Assembly (NCBI GenBank): GCA_030704615.1
Contig: CM060732.1
Span: forward strand, 73,222,001-73,286,000
Direction: 5' to 3'
DNA length: 64,000 nt
Origin: Takakia lepidozioides
Lineage: Eukaryota > Plantae > Bryophyta
Shown: piece after piece, positions 38,243 through 51,209 of the stretch
How the letters are laid out: every line of letters begins with the position of its first letter
How positions within the stretch are numbered: position 1 is the stretch's first letter
Notes under the pieces: generated by a model
Seen by the model: the letters and a program-made list of their open reading frames with translations, nothing else
Database searches by the model: none
What the model was told of the DNA's origin: nothing
Made by a program: the position numbers and the translations under genes

Positions 38243-41200
38243 TTACATTTGCTGTGTGTCATCCCACCTGCCAGCTGCAGCATATATGTTTGACAGCAGC
38301 ATAGAGGTGGTAGCGTCCTGTGGGTTGAGAAGGCATTCTGCAGACTGTTCAGCAATCTCCACATTGCTGTAAAGTTGGCAAGCACTAAGCAAGGCCCCCC
38401 ACACAGATGCACCTGGTTTGATTGGCATTTTCTTAATGATGTTCTCTGCTTCATCCAACTGCCCTGCACGACCAAAAAGGTCCACAATGCAGCCAAAATG
38501 CTCAACTGTAGGAGTGAGGCCATGGTCTCGACTGATGGAATCGAAATAGTGAAGGGCTTCCTCTACTAAGCCCGCATGTCTACATGCAGAGAGCAGAGAT
38601 ATAAATGTTACACCCTGAGGCTTCAAGCCCTCCTGTTGCATTTTTTCAAATAGATGCAGGGCCTCCATAGCATATCCATGTTGGGCACATCCTGCAATCA
38701 TCACATTCCATGAGACCACATCCCGACCAACCATATGATCGAAGATGTGGTGCGCATTGGTCATGCTCCCGCATTTGGCGTACATGTCAACTAGTGTATT
38801 CTCCAGGATGATATCTTGCACAATTCCACTTCTGTTGAGGTCACCGTGGACTCTTTTGCCCTCTTCCATCGCTCCTAGGCTGGCACACACATTGAGAACG
38901 CAAGTGAACGTGACTCTGTCAGGTGTTTCCCCTTCCTGTATCATTTGCTCATAGATCTTGAAAGCCTCCCTACCACACCCATGCTGAGCATATCCTGTGA
39001 TCATTGCGCTCCATGAGATGACATTTCGGTGAACCATATTGTCGAACACTTGATGGGCATCCTTTATGCTACCACATTTGCCATACATGTCCACAAGGGC
39101 AGTCTCCAGGATCATATCTGGCACAATTCCAGCTCTGATGATATTAGCGTGGACCTCTTTGCCCTTTTCAAGGGCTGCCAGGCTCGCAGATGCCTTCAGA
39201 GCAGAAATGAAGGTCACCTTGTCAGGCATCATCCCCTCTCGTATCATTTGCTCATAGATCTCAAAAGCCTCCTTAGCACACCCATGCTGAGAATATCCTG
39301 CGATCATCACATTCCATGAGACCACATTTCGTTGAGCCATATTGTTGAACACCATAAGAGCATCCCTTATGCTCCCACATTTGGAATACATGTCAATAAG
39401 AGAATTTTCCAGATTGATGTCTCGCACAATTTCAGCTTTAATGATATCACCATGAACCTGTATGCCCTTTTCCAGGGCTGCCAGGCTGGAACAAAGCTTA
39501 AGAATGCCAATGAAAGTGACCTTGTCAGGTGCCACCCCTTCTCCTATCATGCGCTCATAGACCTTGAAAATCTCCCTACCACACCCATGCTGAGCGTATG
39601 CTGCAATCAACATGTTCCATGAGACCACATTTCGTTGAGCCATATTATCAAACACTTGATGTACATCGTTTATGCACCCACATTTGGCATACATGTCCAG
39701 AAGGGCATTCTCCAGAATGATATCTGGCACAATTCGACTTTTGCTAAGGTCAGCATGGACCCGTTTGCCTTCTTTTAGGGCTCCAAGGCTGGCACATGCA
39801 TTTAGAACGCCGGTGAATGTGACCTTGTCAGGCATCACCCCTTCCACTATCATTTGCTTATAGATTTCAAAAGCCTCCCTACCACACCCATGCTGAGTAT
39901 ATCCTGCAATCATTGCATTCCAAGAGACCAAATTTCGTTGAGCCATATTATCAAATACTTTGCGCGAATCCTCTATGCTCCCACTTTTAGCATACATGTC
40001 TACAAGGGCTGTCTCTAGAATGATATCCGGCGCAATTCCAATTTTGATGATGTCAGCATGGACCTCTCTGCCCTTCTCCAGGTATGCCAGGCTGGCACAT
40101 GCCTTGAGGGCACAAATGAATGTGACCCTGTTGGGTGTCACCTCTTCCTGCACCATCTGGGTGAAAATCTCCAAAGCCTCCCTACTATACCCACGCTTGA
40201 CATATCCAGCTATCATTATATTCCAGGTAAACATATCTCGTTCAGGCATTTTGTCAAACACTTGGCGTGCATCCACCACATTCCCACACTTGGCATACAT
40301 GTTTACAAGAGTGGTGAGGAGAAAGATGTTAGGCTTGAATCGAGTTTGGATAATATGGGCATGCACCTGCTTTCCTTCTGTTAGTCGTCGCATATTGATA
40401 CACTCTTGTAAGATACAAACGTAAGTACTTGAGTCTGCTGGAGTCCCTTGTTGGTTCAAAATCTTAAGCGCCTCTCTCAATCGTCCCCCTTTACAGAGTG
40501 CCCTGATATCCCCAGCAATGGAAGAAGAGTTCTTGTTGACTCCCTTTTCCGATACTTCAAGGCATTCCGTTTGTGGGTGTAACTTCAAGTCATCAATAGC
40601 ATGTGTTTGAGGAGCCTGTGTACTTCGCCCATGATCTGGTCCTTCACCATACTGTGCTTGACCTTGTATCATGGCAGGTAGCTCTGCTTTAACCCAATCA
40701 GGGTTTGACAAACCCTCTATCCAAAGGGCCTCCTTTGTGCGCTTACGTCTGAAATCTGGTGGTCTTGGAATTTTCTGTGAAAACCACCAGTGGGCAGCTG
40801 AGCAGCCATCGCTTCAACCACAGCCTCGCACAGACCTGGCTACAAGCACCAAAGCTCCAAGCATCTTTCAAACAACGCAAAAACAAGAGAGACTCACGGG
40901 GTTCAGTAATTATGGAACCCTCACTGTGCAGGGCTACGACACATCCAGTTTTCAAACAACGCAGAATTCAACAAACTCCTGAAGTTATCATGCTTATTCA
41001 CGACAAAGAAAACTGCAATCACAATCAACCAGAGATACAGTCCAGTCCATAGACCATCATCGTGCCAGCTTCAGTCAAATTTTCACGTTCTAAAGGAAGT
41101 TGGCCTCACCTTGTCTAACCTGTTGTCCCACCACTGCGAAGGATCTGAGAAAAGCTCCTGCCACAGCCCCTCTTGGCTCATTGCTGAACCTGTGTGCAAC

Positions 41201-41465
41201 TACGACAAGAACATGAGAACTTTGCCAGATTCCGATTGCCCTAACCTACACTCGCTCCGAAGAAGCAACAAAATTAGAAACTCAAAAGAGGTAGTCAAAG
41301 AATCACATGTACACCTTTCTTCGTCCCGGGAGAATGAGTAGGCGTCATAGCCTGCATTGCCAAGCTCGACACCCATTTCAGCTCCAGAGCCTGGCCCATT
41401 ATGCCGCCGTATGATGCGAGGCTTTCCCACCCTTCACCGCGAGGAGAGGACAGGCACTTGGGCAT
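38243..41465 (-). CDS. PLS-class PPR protein with N-terminal OSB-type PDF motif; exons 41315-41465 (start uncertain), 41110-41189, 38243-40774
   Basis: Spliced LWQELFSDPSQWWDNRLDK|KIPRPPDFRRKRTKEALWIEGLSNPDWVKAEL, then regular P-L-S triplets (~101 aa), P2-L2-S2, E1 and partial E2. Confidence 0.9.
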
Positions 41466-43447
41466 GGGCTGTACCTACGAGCTCACGATTGCGCGCTGCC
41501 ATCGCTGTGGCCCCGAGAGCTACCTCTGGACCGTTGCAGCAACACAACAAGAACGCATGCGAGTTCAAAATGCCTTTCTTCATGCAATCTACACGTGATG
41601 ATGCAAGTACTCGGCATCTTGCATCACTATCTCTCTGACTTAATTAGTACAACATTAGGCACTTTGCAGTCCAATTAGCACCGATTGTCGAGAACTGGCA
41701 CGTTCTTCGAATGTATTACGCATTCCATTGACTTCAGGTGGCTGGGCCCTTCGCGGAAATCAAACCCTCTCATTGTCTGTGTGCTGTGTGTTGTGTGAGG
41801 TGTGAATTTTATCGGAGAAAGAGAAGAGAATGTATTCATAAGACGTTGTTCGCCGTAGCCTTGTGGCCATTGACCCGGCGCCCAGTTTGAGCGGAAACCA
41901 AAGGGACAGAACCTACCTCTGTCAGGGGCTGACATTGGTAGTAAGACTTACCTTTATACATAGAATGGATTCGGATTTTCCAGATATCCTCTAGAAACCC
42001 TTTCACAGAAGCATCAATCTTCTGTGTGTGATTTGCCCAAAAACTAGGCCTCAGAAGGCCCTCGGCTTTTGGCTCAGCCTCGAGACTTTCGAAGTTGGTA
42101 AACAGAGGTATAGGCACAATTCTCTTGATAGATTGGAGGAGAGCTTCTCTCTGGCGAGAGTACTTACCCCGGACAGTGAATCAGAAAATGAATATTGTCT
42201 TGCCCACACAACGGGCAATTGCACTCTCCCTTTCCTCTCTGCTTCTGTTTACTGTTCAAAGGTAGTCTTCCTGCCCTGAGTTTAGATTTCAGTCTGGTGC
42301 CGAGAGTGGGCAGGCCCTTGAGGTCATCCATGATATCCTCCCCCATGTCGCAGACTGGAAACAAGTTCAGGGAAGTTTTCTGCCTAACTTCATTTGCATC
42401 AGACATTTTGCTGGTAACAGACATGACTTTGGACACTACAGTCTCTAAGTCAGATTTATCCAGCAAGGTCAAGACTTGCGGGTCCAGATTCAGATCCTTG
42501 AGAATCTCTTCTACTCTCTTCTGCCAGGACTAAGCCTGCTTGACAGGGCGGTCCTGTTTCCAAAATATAGAGTCGATTAACATAGGGTATCTGGTGTTGG
42601 ACATGTGTTGCAACTGACCCCACTTGAATTCATCTCGTCGGGAGCTTAAGGAAGGGATGCCAAACTCGACCCGAACAGCCACATTGGCTGTTTTGGAGCA
42701 TGCTGACATGCACTCCTTAAGCACCCCCACTTGAATGGATTCTAGAGACTTAGCCTGGTTGGAGTTATCAACCCATATAGCAGATCCGTACTCCAAGGCA
42801 GGTCTAATAACGCGGCAAAGCAAGGTTTTCTTGACCTCAGAGTTAATCCCTCTGCAGTGTGAAAATTTAGTGAGACTCAGCGCTTTGCCCTGGCCAGTTT
42901 GAACAACTTTCTCGATATGTGCATCCCAGTTACAGTTGGAGGAAGACTCGACGCCCAGGTATGTGTAGGAAGAGAGGACTGGAATCTCTTGGCTACCCCA
43001 CTGCCACTTAAGATCACTTTCTCCCCTCCTCTGTCGTTGAATGCCACCACTGCACATTTACTCTATCATGGGATCGCCACCGTGCTTGATAAGCTCGTTG
43101 ACTATGCCATCAGGACCACCTGCTTTATATCCATTTAGATGTTCAATTGCTTCCACAATCTCAGAAGATTTAATGGGAGCGTTGTAGGCTTTTGAAATAT
43201 ACTCCAGTTCATCAGGGCTGTTTTGAATCATAGGAACAGTTTTACCAGCTGTGTCCTTCCATTCATCAGAGGACCCCTCACTGTTAGACCTAGAAGTTCT
43301 GCCAAGGATACTGTAGTGGGTTTCAAAGGTTTTGACAATGTCAACCAATGAAGTTACCACTGCATCCTTAGTAGTCTTCAGCGCTTGTACTTGCTGACAG
43401 CTTTTGGGCTTGTACAAACGTTGAAGGGCCAACCAGAATCTCTTGTC

Positions 43448-44449
43448 GTTGTGCGGGTATATTGATTTCAAATATACCCTTAGGGTATAAGTAAATTATT
43501 TTTGTCAAATCATTTACCCTCCGGGTATGGATAAATCGAAATCTCAAAAAATTATTTACCCTCCGGGTATGGATAAATTAACTTTTCAGATTTTTATGTA
43601 ACCCCCTGTATGGATATATATGCCAAAATATACCCTGAGGGTATGAATAGTTTTCGGGTATGGATAGTTATTTCAATTAATATATAATTTAATGGTTCTA
43701 CGGAATATATGATGTTCTTCAATATGTACAAAGCACAAAAAAAACAATTTAGGGTAAAAGAGAAAATTTGATAAGATATTGCATAATATTTTGGTGTTAA
43801 TTTCCAATGCAAGATGGAGGAGGTTTGAGATTAAAAAAAAGCACATTGGCTGGTAGCTCAGCTAGTAACCCGCTGCCCTGGCCCGTGTGTGGGATTATTC
43901 GTGACGGTATGTTTGGGCGTTGATCGTCCTGTAGGTCTCATGGTCCATTAATGAAAGGGGGTTAATCTTTCCCCCTCCTCAAGGGCCTGAATTGTGGGCT
44001 GTAGAGGTTTCCTGAAAAAAAAAAAAAAAAAAAACAATCCCCTCAAGGACCTAAATTGTGGGCAGGTTTCCTTATATATAGGTGAGATCTGAAGAGGTAT
44101 TGTTTGGGTTATATGACATTTTAGTAATGATATATATGTAACATTTGTTTTAGCTGTGATTGGAGCTTTCTTATAGCTCAAGGCTCCCTAACAACACAAC
44201 AAAAAGAGAAAAGACCTAGCACATAAAGGCTATGAAGGCACATAAAGGCCCTTATATACCCTGATTAGATATACCCTTCATTTTAACATATACCCTTTAG
44301 AAAAGTAGGGTATATTGAGCGTCTTGATGCAGGGTAAATATAAGGATAAGGGTATATCATAAAAATATACCCTGATATAAGGGTATACATCGGGTACCTA
44401 AACTTGCCACACCAGGGTATATATATATCAATATACCCGCCCAACACTG
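43448..44449 (+). mobile_element. Non-autonomous hAT-type element (~1 kb)
   Basis: TIRs (CAGT)GTTGTGCGGGTATATTGAT and ATCAATATACCCGCCCAACACTG; right flank GTCATTAC is the 8 bp of LINE target; left TSD and TIR tip partly deleted. Confidence 0.8.
43841..44034 (+). mobile_element. tRNA-derived SINE nested in the MITE
   Basis: A box TGGTAGCTCAGCTAG; B box deleted; poly(A) tail; body shared with 26418-26600. Confidence 0.75.
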
Positions 44450-45729
44450 GTCATTACCTACCACCATGGTGGTTTGAGTTTATTTCACTGAATAACTTGT
44501 CCCAGTATAATTTCTTCTGAGCCCTTACAAGCTGATTGATATCTTTACGGATCTGGTAGTACCTCGCCCACAATTCTTTGTTGGTTTTCAAATTGCAGCA
44601 CTCTTTATAAAGGACTCGTCTCTAAGCTATCTTGAGTTTAATCTCATTGGTCCACCAATAAACAGCTCTACCGCAGACAATTAGTTTCCTCCCAATGATC
44701 TTGTCAGCCGCAGAGGAGACCAAACTCTCCCAAGAATCCACTGCTCTTTTGACTTCATTTCTTGCATTGTCAGTGCGAGACTGATGGTCTTGGAGCGAGT
44801 GGACAAAAGGAGAGCCTCTTGCAAGGCCTGGACATACTCAGCCTTGACCTCTTCATTATGGATTTTTTCTATGTGGCAACTTCCGAATCGAACGTTTCAC
44901 AGATCTCTTGGTGTTGGGAAAACACCTTTTGATCTCAGTCCATCCAAACCAGGAAGTGGTCAGAGGTACCAATATCAGTTCTGTCGATCAACACATTGGC
45001 ACTCTGGGGAAACAAATTTTTGTCCATTATGATATAATCCACAATGGAACGTTCCCCAGTTTGGGCTTTCTCACGAGTCCACTGCCTAAAAAGTGTCTTG
45101 TATCCTGTCCTCATCTCTGCAGCTTGCCACCACTATATGAGTAGGTTTCTAAGCTTGCTGAATGCGCAGAGCACTGTGGTGATGTCCAGGATAGTGGGAT
45201 GCCTTTAGACAGGCATTTCATTAACATCACCTATGTTTGCTGCCCTTTGATTGCAGTGTTCACCTTGGTACTGGCTGCCTCATTTGGGTAGGCTTCTTGC
45301 AATCTCGTCTCACTAGCATTTATAGAGGTTCCTTCTGCCCATACAAGACAAGAGATTTCAAACACGGCGAAGTAGACAGATATGTCAATGGTCTAGCATC
45401 AATACACACCAATTCAAAGCCAGGGCGCTAGACAGTTCATTGAAACTAATAGCAGGCGAGAGAAAACTTCTCATACTTAACTGGTATATCCCAGTCTTAC
45501 AGAGCCCAGCTCCCCATCAACTGTTGACCACTTTTCTTTGAGTGTAGAGACAAAGGATCGGAGTTTCAATCTGTCTGTGTGTTAAAGGAATTGCTGAAAC
45601 AACACAAATGAAGAAAAACTGAAACCAACCCTCACCCTTTAGACGATGCACATATGAGAAATATGATTTTCATATCACTCCATACAGAGCCAGTACAAGC
45701 CCCCACTTCTGTTGTCATGCATCAATACA

Positions 45730-47283
45730 TCAGCTTGGGTCAAGGTCCATACTTGTATCATCATCTGTGTCAGTGTCATCACCATCTTCATCACTATCAT
45801 CACTTTCAGGCGCACGCTTTCTCATTTCCATCATCTGAGCTAATCGTTGCTTGGCCAATACTAAGGGATGTAACTCCAAAAGCCTACTTCCAGAATATGC
45901 ATCCCGCAAAAATACTGTATCCCTATTTCCAACACGTGATAGGTAGAAAAGATGTGGATGCTTTAACAGTAACCTTGTTATCTTATATGAAAAGGTAAAT
46001 ACCTTTGTAAAATGCGTGAGATGATCAACCATAATTCTCTTCTCTAAGGTAAGGTTTAGGAGCTCTCTAATCCCAGCAACTGCATGCTTCTCATGCATCA
46101 CAGGGAGACTGTCATCAAGGCGACTTACATCCTCATAGGGCGAAACGAATGGCTCCTCTCGGAACCTACTCAGCATCTTTTTGTGTTTTTTGGACAGCTT
46201 GTAGATCTTTGGCAAATGCAGCCCCTTGGGCTTTGAATCGCCTTCACTTGTCTCGCCTGCAAGGGAGCCAAAGCTGTCAGCACAGTAACTTGTTCCCTTG
46301 AAATTGCAGATCAAACAAATCATGGGCTGTTTAAAAGCATGTCCTACACACTTGTCCAAGAGTGATTATTATGGGTAGAAAATCGCATGGCACTGGGCCC
46401 TTCATCCACCTCCAGCAGAAAAATACTCAACAACCAGGCACCTCCCCAAGAACGCACATCTCCAGACTTGAGAATATGAATATCTTGAGCTAGCTTCATT
46501 GGAAATTGAAAGCCTTTCCGCAGTAATCCACAAATATCTCTAGAACTCAGTGGTGTAAAACTTACAAGATGTTTGAAGGTCCTTCTCTTCAAAACTGATC
46601 GCCAAGGAGGGATCCCACAATTCGAGCACCAACCATGTGGGGCCATCCTGAGTCGTCGTCGAAAGGGAAAAATACTGGGGATACCGAGGGATTAAATTAC
46701 TCTGGAAATCATCTGGAAGGCCCAGATCAGTTGCCAGATGCCCAAACAATGGGAGAGGAATGCGCCTGCGAATAGACAACATCAACACCTTCCTCAGTAC
46801 CTCGACAGAGCGACCCTCCATCTCTCTTTTGATCTTGATCTCCTCTTCGTACAGTTGTTCAGCCTCGGGGGTGAGGCAAAAACCGACTGAATGTGTGCCC
46901 TCTTTCAACACCTCGAAAACCGCGGGGTACCTCCTAAGAAACGCAGACAAATTTCTACCCCCCGACAGGCCGATGTAGTCCCGCTTTCCTGCCAGATCCA
47001 AAATCTCCATAGCCCTTAGAGGCCTCCGCATTAGAAGCTCTCTTATCCGCAAGACAATGCGAAGAGGCTTCTCCCTCTCAAGTACATTATCGAAAGGGAT
47101 CTGTTTCACTCTTTGCATTCCAGAATCTGGCCACAGTGGCGACTTGTAACAAGACAAGTCCTTGGCTTGATGAAGTTCCTTACATTCACTCAAGGTCTTC
47201 AATCCCTGTGTCCGCATAAAACATGATAGCTGATGTTCCAAAAAAGCTGCTGCTGTGGCAGCGTTGGATCTCATTACCGCCAT
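45730..47283 (-). CDS. WTF1: PORR-domain protein, WTF1-like organellar splicing factor; exons 46566-47283 and 45730-46256
   Basis: FDNVLEREKPLRIVLRIRELL...TDLGLPDDF...RYPQYF...WDPSLA and ELLNLTLEKRIMVDHLTHF...LKHPHLFYLS..GNRDTVFLRDAY; phase-1 GT-AG intron joins the two ORFs. Exact orthology untested. Confidence 0.8.
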
Positions 47284-48572
47284 CCCTACATCACACTCTC
47301 AGCTGCAAAACACTTCGCCCCCTTCTTCTCATCAAATGACTGACGACGAGAGTGGATCCATCGATCTTCAACAGATGCCTCACTTTTCGTGTATCACGTT
47401 TGAGATGACTCAATGGGACAAACCCCCATCATCATCCAAGGCAGGGTTTAAGGGAAAAGACCCAAACGTCTGTGCCGACGACTGTGAAGAGCCCATAGAG
47501 CATTCGTCGTTTCCCTGGAAAAACTGGCCGTGCATGCCCTCTCAGCTCGCAGTTCGATGGAAGTTGTTGTCGAAGGAAGCATCATCTCCTCTTTCAAGAG
47601 ACAATACTTCCTCAAGCAAATTGTTCTTTACCTCTTGAAGACTTCGCAGGTGCTTCATGATACAACGAAATCATTGTGCGATTGGTTCGGGAGCGAGACT
47701 TGGTGAGCGCCAAGAGAGAAAATCTGCTTAGAATTTTCCGCACCAACTCCAGATGGGTCTTCTTACTTCTGGGGAAGGATGACGCAGGAACGATTGAGGC
47801 AGGAAAGGGGGGCGGGGCGCCATTGAGTCTGCTAGTTTTTATATGCTGCTTGTGTAGTTCACATACTAGATTGAACCACAAAGTATGCACAAGCGAAAGC
47901 AAATTATGTGAGCTTTTCCAAAGCTTGCATTCACATTAGAGCTTGCATTCAATGTTCTGTGCCTCAAAACCTTTAATTACTCTGGATTGGCTCCCATAAC
48001 TTAGTCTGTGAGGATTCAAAACCGTCCATAAACCGTTTATCATGGATCTCTTCCTCAATTTAGTGGAAGTTTTTTGCATGCGCCACCTTTGTGTCATGCG
48101 CATATAGTTTTCACAGCAAGAAACAAGAACATGAAGAACAAATGGACACCTAGCATTATAAGTTGAAGAATCTAAATTTCCTGGAGGGAGTTGAGCACAA
48201 AATTAAATCTTTGGATCTTAGGGAGAGGTTGAACTGAACTAACTACAGTAAACTGGCACACCCGACGTTCAGCCACCATATCCCACACTTCACCAGTCCT
48301 AGGAGGAGTTGATATCAGAGTCACCCATCAGGATACAACACACTCAATCACATAACTTGAAGGAGTCATACATGCCACATCGATTTAGTGCATCGCTTCC
48401 ATAAATGTCCAAGAGACCATGTGTAGTACAGATTTGGGATTTGTCAGAGGCCCTGGTTTCAAATCCTCAGATCCATTGTCACCAACAGCACCTGTCCACA
48501 ATCAAGACGCCCTCAAATTATCATAATGCAGGGAAAATGATGCTACAATGCATCATTTGTATTGCATTTCCT

Positions 48573-50090
48573 GTCCTTTGTGCCATCTCTTCTATGTATG
48601 AGATTGTCACTGGCATGGTCAACGTCGCTGGTGAATTCTCAGCCGAGGTCCACAGCAACATTGGAGTCAAACAGGGCTGCCCCCTTTCACCTACCCTGTT
48701 CTTGACGCCTTGGAGAATTACATATCAAAAAACCATGGGGTCGGGGTACCATTGGATGGGGGACCAACACAATCAGATCTCCTCTACGCTGATGATGATG
48801 CCCTTTTGGCACAATCCCCGGTCTTCCTTCAACGCCATCTCAAAATTTTGGAACAGTTCTGCAAAGACTATGGGATGCAAGTCAATCTTAGCAAGACCAA
48901 GATCATGGTCTTCAATGGCCAGGCTGATCGTAGATTCATCTTCAACCAGCAGGAAATTGAAATTGTGAAATCATACTGGTACCTGGGTCTGGTTATCCAC
49001 TCCCCCAAGTTTCACTTTGCAGCTATCTACCTTGGACAGATTGACTAAAGGTAAGGCGGCCTCCATCCGCCTTCAGGCCAAATGCAAGCAAATACATCTG
49101 CATCATCCCCCGACCAAAAAGTGGCTGTTTGACACCGTTGTCAGCCCTCTATGGTTGTGAGTTCTGGGCACCTGGTGTCCCTGTCTCCTGGTGGGAAAAG
49201 AATTTGGAACCATTACAGTCATCTTTTCTCCAAGCAAAGCATGGCGCCAGGAGCACAACTCCATCTCAGATCCTAGGTGCAGAGTTCGCATGTGTACCAT
49301 TGCAATCCGAGGCCCTCTTCCGGCTTACAATCTTTCTCAATAGATTACAGGCCCTTCCACCCAAAGGGCTAGTGGCAAGGGCCCTCACAACATCTATGAG
49401 GCTCAAAGCTGCAGGTTTCAGGAACTCCTGGTATGCTCGAGCGGACAGTTTATTTCAACGTAACGGACTTTCTACTGCTTTCCTATTACCAATGAATCCA
49501 GATGAGGTGGACATCACATCCAGACATGACCGCAACAGACTCATTAGGAGAGAGCTTATGGAATTACATGTCAAGAGAACTTGGAAGCTACCCAATCTCA
49601 CGACAAAGCTCCACTTCTATCGAGAGACATTCTTGGTGCTCCGCGATGATAGAATCTTGAGACCAAATTACCTTTCAGCACCCTTATCTCCTTCCCTCCT
49701 GAGGGCATTGGGGCGGTTCAGGGTGGGTTCCCACAACCTCCGGATAGAGACTGGCAGATGGGAAAACCTGCAACGGGAGGACTGCCTATGTCCAGCTTGC
49801 ATAGGGCGCAGCAAGGAAATTGAAACTGAAGAACACTTCTTCTACTGCCCTCTATACTACGAGATCCACTGTTTATTCAGTGGAACCCAAACTCTCACTG
49901 ATGTCTTCCACTATGAGGATAAAAAATGCTTGGCAGCCTACCTGCACGAGGCCTTCACCCTTAGACAATCGCTAGAACATTAATTGTGGTTTCTGGATTT
50001 GTTCCTCTCTCATGTTTTCTTCCATTTTGTCCCATAAGCTCTATGAGCTTTCCGCTGACGTTATAAAGCACCATTTCATTCATTTCATTT
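48573..50090 (+). mobile_element. 5'-truncated RTEX-like LINE (family B)
   Basis: GVKQGCPLSPTLF, LLYADD, VNLSKTKIMVF, RFRVGSHNLRIETGRW..CLCPAC..ETEEHFFYCPLY; (CATTT)n tail; candidate TSD CATTTCCT at 48565-48572 and 50086-50093. Confidence 0.9.
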
Positions 50091-51209
50091 CCTCACTGTC
50101 CAGCTCCCTAAATAGGACATGTAAGCATAAGCTACTAGGAAGGCCCTGCTTGCCACACCTGCACAGAGATCTTGTTGTGGTCCGGACAATAATACGATAG
50201 AAAAGATGAAGGCATCCAAGAAAGTTGCATTTTCGAAGCTACACAGAGATTGCTAGTTGTTAAACACAACTGTTGCTGGGAACTCCACCTTCCATCTTTA
50301 TTTGGACTGATGAGCAGAGGCATTCACACATTCAAGGAAATTTGTCTTGGACCAAACAAGAATATTATGATACGTAAGATACAGGTACCCAAGAAAGTTG
50401 CATTTCAAAGCTGCAGAGCTTGCGAGTTGTTCAGCAGAGCTATCGCTGGTGAATCTGGAGTTGTTGATGTTCTGATGACCAGGTTCAATAGTAGATATCC
50501 AGAGAGGATAATGAAAGGTTAACTCTCCTTGAAAGATAGGCCAGTCATATAAAAACACCAAAACATGAGAAGCGCAACAAACTGCCGTTGCCTACTTTAT
50601 CAAATCAGGTACCCTGCATGCATGAAGTGAATCTTCACTGAACAGAGGAAGACAGGATTTACCCTAAGACATCTTGGGTGCTTCCAAGACCTTATTGTCC
50701 TTTGAAGTTGAAGCGCAATCCACTGCAATACACTACAACGAGAAAACTTCCCCACAGGGAACATCTCTGTTGCTCTTGGCTGCCATGGCTTCATGCCAAG
50801 GACATTGGGGGCCTTCTGGGATGCCTTCGCTACCTTCATCCCCAACATGAGATGATTCTTGCGCAGCAGGATTCACAACAACCTGCTGGTGCCCACCAAC
50901 AAAAAGGTGACCCAATCTGCAACAAACCTACTGCATCCAAAGAAACTACACAGCCTCTGAACGGCCTACTTAGGGAACATTTTCACTCCTGGAAAAGCAT
51001 AGGTTGGCTACTAGGAATTCATCAAAATCAGTCAAGTTCACCATGGAAGACTTTCAGAAGACTTGCCTTCAACTGGGAATATAAGATGCCACAATGTTGG
51101 TGGACGATGTGTGATACAAGCGATACTGTGAGATGGAAAAAAACATGTCGACTGCCAACATGAGGTGAACGGCATGTGGAGGACCCTTGTGAGTCTCTGG
51201 ACAGGGTTA

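Larger units (their letters stand above)
41815..45085 (-). mobile_element. LINE family A copy: 5'-truncated, RT core deleted, interrupted by MITE and SINE
   Basis: Highly similar to 60625-63600; junction at ~43060 skips ~61633-62362; ends CAACGTCTTATGAATACATTCTCTTCTC. Confidence 0.92.

Noticed and set aside
38375-40424. Several plus-strand ORFs over the PPR gene
   Set aside because: Antisense shadows of the repetitive PPR frame.
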